Source: Octopus vulgaris (taxonomy: Eukaryota). Taken from it: 64,000 nt of DNA. The stretch lies in assembly GCA_951406725.2 (NCBI GenBank), contig OX597816.1, forward strand, positions 83,576,001 to 83,640,000, written 5' to 3'. Below are positions 41,069 to 54,257 of this stretch, one piece after another. The translations under genes were made by a program, and so were the position numbers. The notes under the pieces are model-generated. The model was not told where the DNA came from. It did no database searches and saw nothing but the letters and a program-made list of their open reading frames with translations. Each line of letters starts with the position of its first letter. Position 1 is the stretch's first letter.

Positions 41069-42224
41069 TAATAATAATAATGACAGCAAGTACTCAACAC
41101 CACAGTACATTATAAATTCACCTCACGCACCACACCGCACGGTATAGTGCTACGCCACAGTAGCATGTAATGCACTGCGCAACGACAGTTGGACTTCAAA
41201 AATACTTAGAAGCAAGTAAAGGGAAGCTGATTAATGTAGTACGGAAACGTAAAAGAATAGAGTAAGTGGAACAAGAACACACATGAAAACGAAAGATGTT
41301 GCTGAAGCGATCATAGATGTGTGACGAAAGATTTCCGGACAATGGGCATGAGTTAAAAATAATAAAATAAGAACAGTAATAAACGAGTGAAGAAAGATAC
41401 ATATAGTGCGGGTGTTTATTTGGCAAAAAAAAATAGAAAAGATCATCCTGAAATAAAACTTTAAAAATAAAACTATTCTCTATACGAAAAGAAACAATGA
41501 GGTACAAAAGTCGAAATAGTGAAGAAAAAATGATTTAGACCAAAACAAAAGAACATAATCATTTTAAAAAATACAAAAAATCAAAAAGAATTTCAAAATA
41601 TGTTAAAGAAAATAAAATGAAGAGGAAAACCACTCCATTGCCAATAAAACACAAGACTCAATAAAGAGGGCGTGAAACAAGGTAAAAGCCGACAATGGCT
41701 CACAAAAATCTGCGCTAAGCGCAGACACTCTGAGAATAATTCTGGTTTTATAAGACTAACGCTTAGCCACAAACTATGACAAAAATGAAATAATGGAAAA
41801 TTATATTGACGTCAAGTACAATGTATGTAACCATCACAAATTGACAGTTCTCAATAACACCACTTGGTGTCCAATCCTTGTTAAATCTGAGAGAATAGGC
41901 AGTTGCGTACAGTAAGCAATATTCCAACACTTCGACGTTAAAACAGTAAAAAGAAAACCTTTTGAACATGTAGCAAATACTATACTGATAACTACTTGAC
42001 CATAGTTATATGCGACACGTCTATGTAAACCGACAAAGAAATCAAGATAAACCATTCAGGAACATAATAAAAAATGAAACAGGACTGTCTGATAGGCATC
42101 GTGACCCTTTCCGATCAAAATATTACTAGAAATAAAGTGAAGAACCTGTAAAAGTAAAACGATTCTACAAGAGAAACAAAGCGAGTATGAAGCATGAAAT
42201 TTAACACTACCAATAATTGTGTCT

Positions 42225-42432
42225 TATTTAAGTACAAGGCTAGCAGTTTTGATGAGAAGGGTTTAGTCGATTAAATCAGTCTGAGTACTTGACTGATACT
42301 TTTTCTATCGAGCCCGAAAGGATGAAAGGCAAAGTTGACCTTGGCTCGACTTGAACTCAGAATGTAAAGAGTCGGTTCAAATACCGAAGCTATTTTAACA
42401 GACGCTCAAACGATTCTACTAATCTAATACCT
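42225..42432 (-). mobile_element. Dominant-family SINE copy
   Basis: cccgaaaggatgaaaggcaaagttgaccttggc..ttgaactcagaatgtaaaga. Confidence 0.75.
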
Positions 42433-43007
42433 TCAAACCTCCAATACTAATCGGAGATAGTAGGCAAGTACAAAATCTAAAATTGCAAAACACGATGTAG
42501 CAGCTGAAATTTAGCATTTTAGCCATTTCTTCGATTTTACATCACTCATTATCATCCACCCCCAAATATTCATCGATTAATTCATCTATTAATTTATCGA
42601 TCAATTTAAGTGTTTACCCTGCTATCTTAATTTCTTGTCCAGCTTCTTTCTATTCGTTATCGTTCGTATCGTTCATATGTTGTTTTATATGCAGCACTCA
42701 TTTTCATTCCATATTTTCTTACAGTTGGATCATGACCTATTTTTTCATTACATCTTATTGAAATAATAGAATCGACAAAACGGAAGAGAATGATTTCTCT
42801 TCATACTACTTTAACATTTACTTCAAAAGACTTTTAAAGTTTCTGTCATTATAGATCCCGAAATCACTTTGAAAATATTTGGTAAACAATACCTTATCTG
42901 ACATTAACTGTTAATTTAAATCTGTGAAAGACCAACTATAATTAAACATTTTGTATCTTTAAATAAAGATTTGTTAAAATTTACTACTGGTTTTAAAATA
43001 GTGTGCA

Positions 43008-43216
43008 GGTAAAATCATTAGCACACCGAGAAAAATGCTTAGCAGTATTTCGTCCGTCTTTACGTTCTGAATTCAAATTTCAAGGTCGACTTTGCCTTTC
43101 ATCCTTTCGAGGTCGATATAAATATAAATTATCGCTAGGGTCGACGATATAAATATAAATTATCGCTTCTCGTCTCCCCTGAATTTGCTGGCCTTTTGCC
43201 AAAATTTGAAACCAAT
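43008..43216 (+). mobile_element. Dominant-family SINE copy in opposite orientation
   Basis: aaatgcttagcagtatttcgtccgtctttacgttctgaattcaaattt...gtcgactttgcctttcatcctttcgaggtcgat; forms an inverted pair with 42225-42432. Confidence 0.8.
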
Positions 43217-44494
43217 GTTTACTACTGATAAAGCTGTTGAACTTTCTAACGAATTTGCTATGGTGGAAATTTACTCTATAGTTGCTCTCTGATGAAGCTG
43301 TCTGATGAAGCACGAGGAAACTCGAAAGTACCGGCTTATGACTTCAGACAAATTAATTAATTATACTTAACTACTACTTGTAGTAAATATCTTCGCTTCT
43401 GCTTGTTACTACCAACTTGTACGTATGCACCTGTACATGCATACATGCACGTAGGCTTATATGTTTGTATGTATGTGCTGTGTGTGCATGTGTCCGTGTG
43501 CATTCACGTGCGTATAAGCATCTAGAGACAAAATCAAATCAGAACAGAAAAGATTAGAAAGTAAATAGAATCAAAGGTGATCAGCTTTGTATCTCTTTTA
43601 CACTCTCACTCTCTATTTCTCGTATCTCCACGTTACACAAGAACACACACTCTTTGTCTCCCCGCTCCCATTCTCTCTCTCACACGCACACACGCACGTA
43701 CACACACTATTAAGCATATTTAAAGTAATTGACAGGCACCATTACTTCATTCCCTCTTGTATATCAATCATCAATATTCCATTATCCAAACTGTGACTTC
43801 AGGCGCCATTAACACTTGCAACCATTTCCAAGCAGACTCTTCGATTCATTTATCGCTTTATCACATCTTCTTATATTATATCATTCCATATTATATTATA
43901 TGATATTACACTATATTGAATTACACGCTTGCTATCTAAATTTTATATCATTTTAATATTATACTATGTTGTTTACATAATTACATTTTCTCTTTGCGTC
44001 TTTATATAATTTTCGTTAATAGTATTGAGTGATTTTTCTGAATATGCAACAAAATTTGTAATCAATCGAAAACACAGTGTATAAAACAGTTACAACGTAT
44101 ATAATCTTCGACAATCTCTCCCCTCCTTCTCTCACTCTTTCACTCTTTACACACACGAATACACATAAATAGAGACAAGGAAAGGAGCATTTGTATATAC
44201 GTATCGTATAATACATTGGTATTTTAATTTGCAGTAAATAAATTGGATTTATAGGTTTACGACCTTCATGCATAAAAGCAAACGCTTATCATACACGCAT
44301 AATTACAAATACAGGTACATACAAGCACTCACAGACACACACACTTACATACACACACACATTGATGTGTGCAGACAAACATATAATTACCTACATGCAT
44401 AAATACTTGCATACAAACATACATGCATTTATTTACGCACATTATATTTAATCATACATACAAATATATGTGTGTGAGTGTGAGTGTGTGTATA

Positions 44495-44542
<48 letters not shown>

Positions 44543-45300
44543 TGTGTGTTTATGAGCATAATACCAATACTGATTAAGGTGATGATCATGATGAAGTTAT
44601 TAACGATGAAGATGATAATCGCAAATCATCTTCACTATCGTTATTCTTCAAGCCGTTCTCACCATCGTTATCTTCACCATCATTGCCACTATTATCAGCA
44701 TCATTAGCATCGTCATCATCATTGGAAATAAGAAAAAACAAAATCCACAGCATCAATAACACCAGCGCCAGCACCAGCACCGCTACCCCCACCACCACCA
44801 CCACCACCATCATCATCACCACCACCACCAGCAACAATGAGGAAGACAACAAAGACGGAGACAGGCCAGCAGAAGCACTACTCCATACCAAAATCATTAG
44901 TAACAATGAAGACTCATCAAGAAATATGACTGTGGGTGTATGTGTGTGGGTGGGGTATATGGGTGTGTTAGTGTCGGAAAAAACAACAGGTACACATCAA
45001 TACAAGATGGTAAACAACAACAACAACAACAACAGCAGCAGCAGCAGCAGTAGCAACTACAATCGAAGCAACGACAGCAGTAATGGTGGCAAGATACATG
45101 AAGAGCCACAATGAACAATAAATAGATTCACTTATCTTATTATCAATCTTTAAAACATAAAGCTATACGAATACTCTTGCGAAAAATAAAAGCAGAAAAT
45201 AAGATTATGCATCCATACAAACATATACGTATATGCATGTGTGTATACACATACGTACGTACTTGCATAAACACATATATTTCATATGTTTATAAGTGTG

Positions 45301-45386
<86 letters not shown>

Positions 45387-46335
45387 TTGTGTGTGTATAC
45401 ACGTATATACACGGACATACATATCACGCTCAAATCAGCCTCAGCAATTTCAATACAGTTTATTTATCGAAATATACAATTTTATTGTTGTTTTTCTCTT
45501 TCTTTTAATGGCGGTTGTTGCTGTAGTTGCCATTTTCTAGTGCATATTTGTATGTGCTGATACGCGCTTGAGAGTGAGAGAACGTGCGTATATGTGTGTG
45601 TATGTTTGTTTGTGTGTGTTTCTATTTGTTTGTGTATGTATGTGTCTTATTGCGTATTCTTTTATACGAGAAATGATAATTACCAGTTTAAGAATACGCT
45701 CGGCAAAAGCGATGTGGAGGTGGTATGCAGGATAGTGTTTTTATGTTTACCAAAATAAATTTTGAAATCTTTGTTGGATAATCAAATGCTAAATTAAATC
45801 ATGTGCATTGTTTCTTAATTGGTAACGTGAGCATTGTGTGTATGAATATATGAGCGTATATGTGACTATGCGTGTGCGTGTGTGTAAATCTATGTAGTAT
45901 CTATGTATGTAGATATATAAAGTTGAGTGTGTGTGAACATATGTGTGGTTCTATACGTAGAATGTGTATACGTCTTTTTAAATTTATTAACTTCAAATTC
46001 TTCGTAGAAGTACAAAACCGATTCCTAATAAGATAAATATGCTTCTGCCACTTGGAATTTCAGATAGCAACAACTGTTGCTGAGAGCCAAAAATACTGAA
46101 TATCAAGAAACTCTCGCAAATGGTTACTCTTCCATCAACCGGGATATATACACAAGCACAGGTATATACATTTAGATCTATATGTACAGAGTCAGATATA
46201 TTTACACACACACAAACACACACACACACACCAGTATAAATTTTAGTTTCTACGTATGTTTCACCAATCACATTGAGCTCTACGTCGTATATGTAACTGC
46301 ACACAGAAGATATATAGTCACACACACACACACAT

Positions 46336-46416
<81 letters not shown>

Positions 46417-46679
46417 CACATTTGTGTGTGTGTGTTTGTGTCTTAGTAAGAAACAGATTGTTATGTTCGTTAGCTGAAGTCACTATCAACATTTTCCTTG
46501 TTAAAATAAATGAGACACGTTATTCACAAATATTAACCATCTCTTCAGTTGATGCATTAACCTAGCACAAAAAGCGTATTAACACAGGCATGACTGTTTT
46601 GGGGAGGTATTTATTGGGACGTTAGCTGCGTGTAGCATAAAATACGGTATGAACATGAACCGGAGGCTCCGATGGACAA

Positions 46680-47026
46680 TAAAATTATAGGATTTTTCCA
46701 TAAAGATTGATCACTCTTTTGAAGCAAGACCGATATGATTATAGAGGACAAAAGAAACAGACTGTGTAACATCATAGATTTTAGATTTTGCAATACTATA
46801 TTATAACGGAATGGATACTAAAGAATTTGAGAAAATGGAGATATATCAGGACTAGACAGAAAAGCGAAGACTAAACTGACAAACGTTCCTGTGGTAATTG
46901 GTGCACTTGGCACAACACACAAACTGCTTCCTAAGAGACTGAAGGATATTAGGTTCGATTCTCGCATTGTTGACCTTCAGAAAAGAGCAATCATGTATTC
47001 TGCAAGAATCCTTAGTAAGATTCGTG
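46680..47026 (+). mobile_element. R4/Dong-like non-LTR retrotransposon restriction-like endonuclease remnant
   Basis: Frameshifted DFSIKIDHSFEARP..DMIIEDKRNRLCNIIDF..KEFEKMEIYQD..VPVVIGALGTTHKLLPKRLKDI..DLQKRAIMYSARILSKI, matching the R4-clade RPD..D..K..KY..PIVIGALG..LQK..ARILRK pattern. Confidence 0.8.
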
Positions 47027-47034
47027 TTATGCGG

Positions 47035-47196
47035 GCGCCGGCGTTGTTGTGTGGTAAGAAGCTTGCTTCTGAACTACATGGTTCAGGGTTCAGTCCCACT
47101 GCGTAGCACCTTGGGCAAGTGTCTTCTGTTGTAGCCTTGGGCTGACCAAACCCATTTGAGTGAATTTGGTGGACAGAATCTCAAAGAAGACCGCCA

Positions 47197-47287
<91 letters not shown>

Positions 47288-47420
47288 TTGTCTGTCTGTC
47301 TGTCTGTCTGTCTGTGTCTGTCTGTCTTTGTCCCTTACTACCGTTTGACAACCGGTGCTGGTGTGTTTACGTCCCCGTTACTTAGCGGTTCGACAAAATA
47401 GACCGACACAATAAGTACCA
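47035..47420 (+). mobile_element. Second SINE family: tRNA head, internal microsatellite, conserved tail
   Basis: Head tgtgtggtaagaagcttgctt...gggttcagtcccactgcg..gcaccttgggcaagtgtcttct, internal (TATC)n(TGTC)n, tail gacaaccggtgctggtgtgtttacgtccccgttacttagcggttcg. Confidence 0.82.
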
Positions 47421-47445
47421 GTGAAAGTAAATAATGATGATAATT

Positions 47446-47624
47446 TAAATTTTCGCACAAAGTCATCAAGTTCGGAGGAGGAGGTAAGTCGATTACATCG
47501 ATCCCAGTATTAAACTGGCACTTATATTATCGACCCCGAAAGGATGTAAGGCAAAGTCGACCTCGGTGGAATTCGAACCCAGAACGTAAAGACGAGAGAA
47601 ATGTCGCTAAGCATTTTCCCCGGC
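47446..47624 (-). mobile_element. Dominant-family SINE copy followed by (TAA)n
   Basis: atcgaccccgaaaggatgtaaggcaaagtcgacctcggtggaattcgaacccagaacgtaaagac. Confidence 0.8.
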
Positions 47625-47692
<68 letters not shown>

Positions 47693-48251
47693 TGATAACT
47701 ACGATTGTAATAAACTCAAAACTATCGCAACTTCTCTCACACCATAAAATACCATCGAATAGTAGCACCATAAATATCAACAACTCTAATACAGCACAAC
47801 TCTAACACTATACATCAATGACGGCTAAACAAGCAGAAGGAAAATCGTTAGCAATAGGCCTCTAACATAGCTCAACGTCATTAATACCATCATTACTACA
47901 AACACTGTTCTCTTGTCTCACAGACACACACACTCAATCACGCACATCCACACAAACGGACACACACAATTTCTCTCTCCCTCCCCTTCTCTCCCTCTGT
48001 TTCTCTGACTCTTGTATTTAATGCAAACAGAACATAAAGACAGACTGTATGTGTGAGTGTGTGTATACATATATATATAAATCGCACACAGCACACATAA
48101 CAGACATCACACGAAAATGCCATCACTGCATGGATTAGATGTTACACCTGACTTTCACAGAATTCCACAGGTTCTTTCTTGTTGGCAGACAATTCACCGT
48201 TAATATCCTCCAATGATGATAATAATAATAACAATAATAATAATAATAATG

Positions 48252-48314
<63 letters not shown>

Positions 48315-48330
48315 GTAATAATAATAATAA

Positions 48331-48886
48331 ATGCCCTGATGCAGTACCAGGCAGTGGCTCTCATGGCTTCTGATCTTAACTGATTGGAAGTGTTATCATG
48401 TACATTGTTTTGTCTTGGTATAAAAGATGGGCTACAGCAAATATTCTGCTCAATACCACAGATTTGCTTGTCAGTTGTTTGACCGTAACCAGTTGAGCAT
48501 GTCCCTTAGTGGCTGACGATATGTGCATCTCTGATCACGAGCAGAAGTAGTGGGGGAGCATCATAGCCATGTGTTGAGAGGGATTCTTTGGGGTTTGAAT
48601 AGTTCACCTCTGGAAACATGGGTGGTTCTTTCAACATCCTTAAACGACCCTTATTCAGGGACCTTTTGAGCGGGATGGGCTACTCAACCTGAAGAAAATT
48701 CTAACTGGGCCCCACCTGCAAGGTCATGTGCTGTTTATCTTGATATGAGATCACCATGTCACGCACATATGGTTGTGATGCATGTGCCTGGTGTACCCTT
48801 ATCAGACGGGTAGTCATGATGGGTATATTGGGCTTCGTATATTTTACCCCAGTGTCACTTTGATGGCATGCACTGCTCTCTCACTC
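48331..48886 (+). mobile_element. 556-bp non-coding element inserted in a (TAA)n array
   Basis: Sharp boundaries with (TAA)n on both sides; internal pieces recur at about 7495-7618 (reverse) and 5168-5236 (followed by TAA repeats). Confidence 0.75.
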
Positions 48887-48962
<76 letters not shown>

Positions 48963-48984
48963 GTAGTAGTAGTAGTAGTAGTAA

Positions 48985-49028
<44 letters not shown>

Positions 49029-49029
49029 C

Positions 49030-49060
<31 letters not shown>

Positions 49061-49130
49061 AAGAAGAAGAAGAAGAAGAAGAAGAAGAAGAAGAAGAAGA
49101 AGAAGAAGAAGAAGAAGAAAGAGAAGAAGA
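48887..49130. repeat. Compound microsatellite (TAA)n(TAG)n(AAG)n
   Basis: Directly visible; source of the poly-N/S/K ORF artefact. Confidence 0.95.
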
Positions 49131-49137
49131 CTTGAAT

Positions 49138-49422
49138 ACACGAAAAATCCAAAGAGCTACCGACCATTAACACGTATCAACACCACCCACAAGATCCTTA
49201 CATCGAAAATACATTTTCCTTGAACAGAATTCTATCCTCCCACAAGCTCAAAAAGTTGTAAAATGATTTTAGAGAAATGCCGGAGCAAGAAGAACCTGAG
49301 TATGGCATGGATAGACTACATGAAAGTCTTTGATAGTGCCCCACATAATTGGCTACTCAAGGCCCTTGAGATATATATGATCTCTCTTGTCGCCTCCAAA
49401 TTCTTACATGATAGCATGTTAG
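49138..49422 (+). mobile_element. R4/Dong-like reverse transcriptase fragment
   Basis: NPKSYRPLTRINTTHKILTS..FLEQNSILPQAQK..KKNLSMAWIDYMKVFDSAPHNWLLKALEIY. Confidence 0.82.
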
Positions 49423-49514
49423 TATTCCACTTGGCCATGCTATCTTGTAAGAACACTGGGGTGTAGCAGGTGATGAAGTAGAGATTTGCCTCAAACTACC
49501 AAATTCTGAAAACC

Positions 49515-49561
<47 letters not shown>

Positions 49562-50252
49562 TTTATGGTGATAATGAAAAGGAAGGGAAAGAAATAACAA
49601 GACCATTGGACAGCATATCAACCATCAATCTCACCCAAAGAATCGTCATACCAAGAAACCACTAAACCCATTAAGGTACCCAACCACTACCACTGACACT
49701 GCCAACAACTTCAAACTATGATCTTTTAAACTCAGACCTTCCTGAACCCTAAACCATAACCGACACCACGGCATTACCACTACCTCCTTACCACCACCAT
49801 ATAGATATACATATGTATGTATGTGCACACACATCGTTGTACATCAACATCCATTCCTGAGCTACCCAGTAGCACGACCACCACCACCACTAACTCAACC
49901 AACCACTGTTTATTTACTCATGTCTGTCTCTTTACCCAACACAGTTCGATATTTCACCTGAAGAACACGAACGAACATTCCAACACCATCACCACCCCAC
50001 CTCTACCAGCACTTCTACCACCACTTCAAACACCTTCAACATTGCTTTCTCCATATCCACCTTTTCCGCATTCGCTTATTTGTTCAATATTATTGTTGTT
50101 GTTGTTGTGGTTGTTTTTTTTCCTTTGTTTTCCTCCCAGTCTCTCTTTTGTTTTACTTTATCTTTTATGTAAATATATTTCCTTCTTTCATTTTTAATCT
50201 TCAACTTTATTTGCCCCGCTCTTCAGGTTTGCGCTTCCGTACCTCCATCCGC

Positions 50253-50296
<44 letters not shown>

Positions 50297-51154
50297 TCTC
50301 CAGTGACGAGTGATAGCAACACCTTTAACACTTTAGAAATTGTGCTACTAATGCAGGTTCAGTTCCTGGCTAAAAGGTTTTAGTAAATTTCGTTTAATTT
50401 CAGTTTATAGTCGTATTTCATTGTATTCCATTTATCGTATGTTATATACGCACCACTTTTGTTTATTCATTTAAAATGCTACTTTTAATATATAATATAA
50501 TCATATTAAATACAAAGAATTTTAAAGAGTTAAAGTGTTATTAACTTTACTTCTATTTTCATTTTCAGAGAAAATAGGTGTTATATTCAGTGGTTTTTAA
50601 TTAGGCGAATTATTGAAATTTAGATTGCTTATCTCAGCGGAATCTTAATAAATAATGCTTTATAGTTTTAATCAAAAAGTATTTATTTAAAAAAATGTAT
50701 TTCACATTCTGCAAACTCAATTTGCGTATTGAACAATACTTATATTTCCTGGGATGATTTCTCCATAAAAAATGTTCCTCGTCAATTGTTCCCACCGTTA
50801 CGGTGTTTCTAGCTAATTTAAAGAACTTTGGTTGCTATTTCTAGCAGGCTAAAAAGCATATAATCGCTCTTATGTTTGTGAATATATGTGTTTATGGCTA
50901 TTAATGTTTTTAGCAGACGATGAATGTCAAAGAGAATTTTCATCACAAATATGTTATTCAAAGTATTAACGTAACATTTCCGTGAAATATCTTAGGAAAA
51001 TCGTCTTCATGCATAAACAAAGTGGTAAATGATAAGTTTCAGTGAATTATTTTTATTCGCGATGAGGAATGTTCCCATTACTATTTGCCTGATTTTACAG
51101 TTGTTTTATATCAAGAAATATTCTAGTAGAATATATATGCATATACGTGTATAC

Positions 51155-51185
<31 letters not shown>

Positions 51186-51199
51186 TGTATGTATGTATG

Positions 51200-51230
<31 letters not shown>

Positions 51231-51392
51231 GTATGTATGTATGTATGTATGTATGTATATATGTATGTATGTATATATATATATATAAATTTAATCCAAA
51301 CATGAAAACACAAAGAGAAAACACAACAACGCGAGGACGTGGAACAAGTATAGTGTTATTGGACGCTCAGAAAAGGAAAGAAAGAAGGAGGA

Positions 51393-51425
51393 TTTAACGT
51401 TTCGAGCGGAGCTCTTCGTCAGAAA
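51393..51425 (-). ncRNA. Minimal hammerhead ribozyme fold inside a ~200-bp microsatellite-flanked element (about 51287-51487)
   Basis: Minus strand TTT CTGACGA A GAGC tcc GCTC GAAA CG TT AAA; canonical core, same GAGC/GCTC stem II as the 6382 copy. Confidence 0.58.
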
Positions 51426-51484
51426 CATAGGAAAAGAAAAGATCCAAGGAAGGGAAGACGGAGGACCAAAAAAAAACGCCAACA

Positions 51485-51534
<50 letters not shown>

Positions 51535-52432
51535 GTACATATGTATGTATGTGTCTGTGTGTATATACATATGTACATATGTATATAAAACACGTATATA
51601 ATCATGTATATAATTAACAATGTTACTGCTGACGCAGCCATGATCACTCAACAACGAAAGGCACTATACATAGGTGTTTGACCTTCGAGAAATAATAACG
51701 AAATTTCCCTGATACCACATATTGCCATCTTAAAAAAGAAGATGAGATATCATAGTATTAAATACATTCTACCTTGAAAAGAAAAGTGGGTTGGTCGCAG
51801 TTGTAATGCATTTGATTATCTACTTATGACAGCTCGACCAGGATTGAGCTAATGACTAAACAATACTACTTTGATCATAATACTATGACTATACAAGTAA
51901 AGAAAAGAAAGAGTTGCTATACGAAAGTGATACATATGAAAGTTTCCTCGTAATTGTCTGAAAGATAAGAAGTAGCAGCTAATTTTCTTTAAAATTACTC
52001 CCCAAAAAAGAAAAGGAGAATCATGAATCCAGATAAACACCGTCTTGAATAGATTAAACATTATATCTTGAATAAAGAAGTGGAATGTTCCCCGCTTCAA
52101 CACTTTTGATTTTGGTTTGCTCAATCAATTTGGTGTTGGGGGCTGAACAACAAGAACACCGACAACAAAAGTAACCACTATCACCAATATTCCCATAACC
52201 CGCTACTATCATAGCTTAGTATCAAAACAAAGAAAAAGAAAAAAAGAAGCGAGCACCTCGGTTAACCTCCACCCTCAACACCCGAGAACTAAAGCAATGT
52301 AAATAATTCAGAAAAGAAAAAATGCACAAATAATTTGGAAGGCATGTAATAAAACAAGTGGGTATTAACCGTTTATAAAAACTAAAAATAATGAGGTTGT
52401 ATGTACGTGCGTCTGCGTGTGCGTGCGTGCGG

Positions 52433-52475
<43 letters not shown>

Positions 52476-53159
52476 CATCTAATAAAATAAACAGAAGAGG
52501 TCATCCTTCAGGTGTATGGGAAACTAATGAAAGGAAGCTATTGTTTTCAGTAGACAGGTCAGTGGAGTTTAATGTTTGTTATTTAGTGACCCTGCGGGCA
52601 AATATTAACCTAAGCATATGTTTGTTTGTACAATGGATGGACATAACTTAGCCTTCTCGGTAAGTCAAGACCCGAAGACCAGAGACCAAACGGATGGCTT
52701 ACATATGTGTATGCGTGTGTGATCGTCTGTTAAGTTGAGATTATTTTTTTAAAGATAGCTTAAGGATAACAACGGAACATTTGTTCATGGAAGGACTCGA
52801 TGTTACGAGCAGAATAAAATACATTGAAAAGTTCAAGTTGCCTGGAATTCTACAAGAAATTTGATTCTACTTTCAATATTGATTCTTTCCATCAGCAATG
52901 TTCCGACGTTATGCTTATATTAGCTACAATATATATATTTATGTAAAGAAGTAATGCATAGGTACATATACACAAGCATGTGTGTATGTATGTATGTATG
53001 TATGTATGTATGTATGTATGTATGTATGTATGTATGTATGTATGTATGTATGTATGTCCTTGCTCAGTTTTATTTCAAGATTTCTTGCCAATAGACAAAG
53101 AGTCGGTTTCTAACCCAGATCCAAGGCTCATTCATTGGAATTTCAACATCAACAACAGG

Positions 53160-53190
<31 letters not shown>

Positions 53191-53324
53191 TGTATGTATG
53201 TATGTATGTATGTATGTATGTATGTATGTATGTATGTATGCATGTATGTATATGCCCAGATTTTGCTTTATGTATGTATGACATGCTCATATATATATAT
53301 ATATATAAGTGATAAACACCTAGA

Positions 53325-53440
53325 CAGTTTTACAAATTTCTAAACTTCCAGTGATGGACTGGATCTGTAGTCTTCGAATTAGCTTCCTCCTTTCTGATTT
53401 TGAGAAAAGTAATTTCTCAAGACTAGATGTACTCAATGAC
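53325..53440 (-). mobile_element. Possible C-terminal remnant of another RLE-type (R4-like) retrotransposon
   Basis: Minus strand SSLEKLLFSKSERRKLIRRLQIQSITGSLEICKTV*, ending next to a (TA)n tract. Confidence 0.4.
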
Positions 53441-53696
53441 ACCTGGTGAGTATCGTTTTTAGTTATTGTACCTGGCATCTCACATCTAGTTATTCAAATT
53501 TCACGATCTTGTTGATTTAGATATGATCTCTCTCTCTCTCTCTTTCTCTTTATGCACACACACACACACGCGTGCGCGCGGGCGGCTGATCTAAATGATT
53601 AGGTACGCTACGTAAGTGGTGTAACGGGTTACTAGGGTTCCAAGGTTGTAGCCGAGACGGTAGTTATGGAGCCATTGCAGATTTCCGATATAGTGA

Positions 53697-54201
53697 ATAT
53701 ATAATTGTTAAAGAGGACAACAAACGTTAAGGCAAGGCGAACATCTCTCAAGTCATATACATTATTATTATTGGAAAAAATTCAAAGCTTTACAGCTGTT
53801 TCTGGGATATCCCAGAGTATGGCATATTTTGTCATCAGAGACAAATAGGAAAAATGAGAAGGGTATAGATTAATGAAATGACGACATAGAGGATACTAAT
53901 AAAGGAATAAGGAGATGAAGAGAGAAAAGAAAAAAGAAGAATAAAAATTCAGAACTGAACTTTTATGCTTCTTTTTTTCTCTCTCTCTTCATCTCCCTAA
54001 TTTTTTTACACTCTTCCTCTATGTCGTCATTTCATTAATATATATCGTTCTCATTTTCCCTATTTGTCTCTGATGATGGAATTTCCCAAACTTTGGGACA
54101 TCATAGAAACAGCTGTAAGACTTTGAATTGTTTCCAATAATAATAATGTATATAACTTGAGATGTTTGCCCTGCCTTAACATTTGTTGTCCTCTTTAAGA
54201 G

Positions 54202-54207
<6 letters not shown>
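53697..54207. repeat. ~510-bp diverged inverted repeat (two ~250-bp arms) ending at a (TA)n tract
   Basis: ttaaagaggacaacaaacgttaaggca at ~53708 mirrors tgccttaacatttgttgtcctctttaa at ~54172-54198; attaatgaaatgacgacatagagga mirrors tcctctatgtcgtcatttcattaat; centre near 53950. Confidence 0.9.
54066..54121 (+). ncRNA. Hammerhead ribozyme fold in right arm of the palindrome (mirror copy on minus strand at 53787-53842)
   Basis: GTCT CTGATGA tggaattTCCCA aactt TGGGAcatcata GAAA CAGCTG TA AGAC: canonical core, 4-bp stem I, palindromic ACAGCTGT stem III; stem II partly decayed. Confidence 0.58.

Positions 54208-54254
<47 letters not shown>

Positions 54255-54257
<3 letters not shown>

Noticed and set aside
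41430-41460. DDLF peptide as the missing N-terminal ARID exon
   Set aside because: Context KVLFQDDLFYFF lacks the KEFL and MQKRG residues and suitable splice sites.
43288-43335. Two CTGATGA words followed by GAG-gaaa-CTC-GAAA as a hammerhead
   Set aside because: Spacing to stem II is wrong, there is no U at 16.1 and no convincing stem I.
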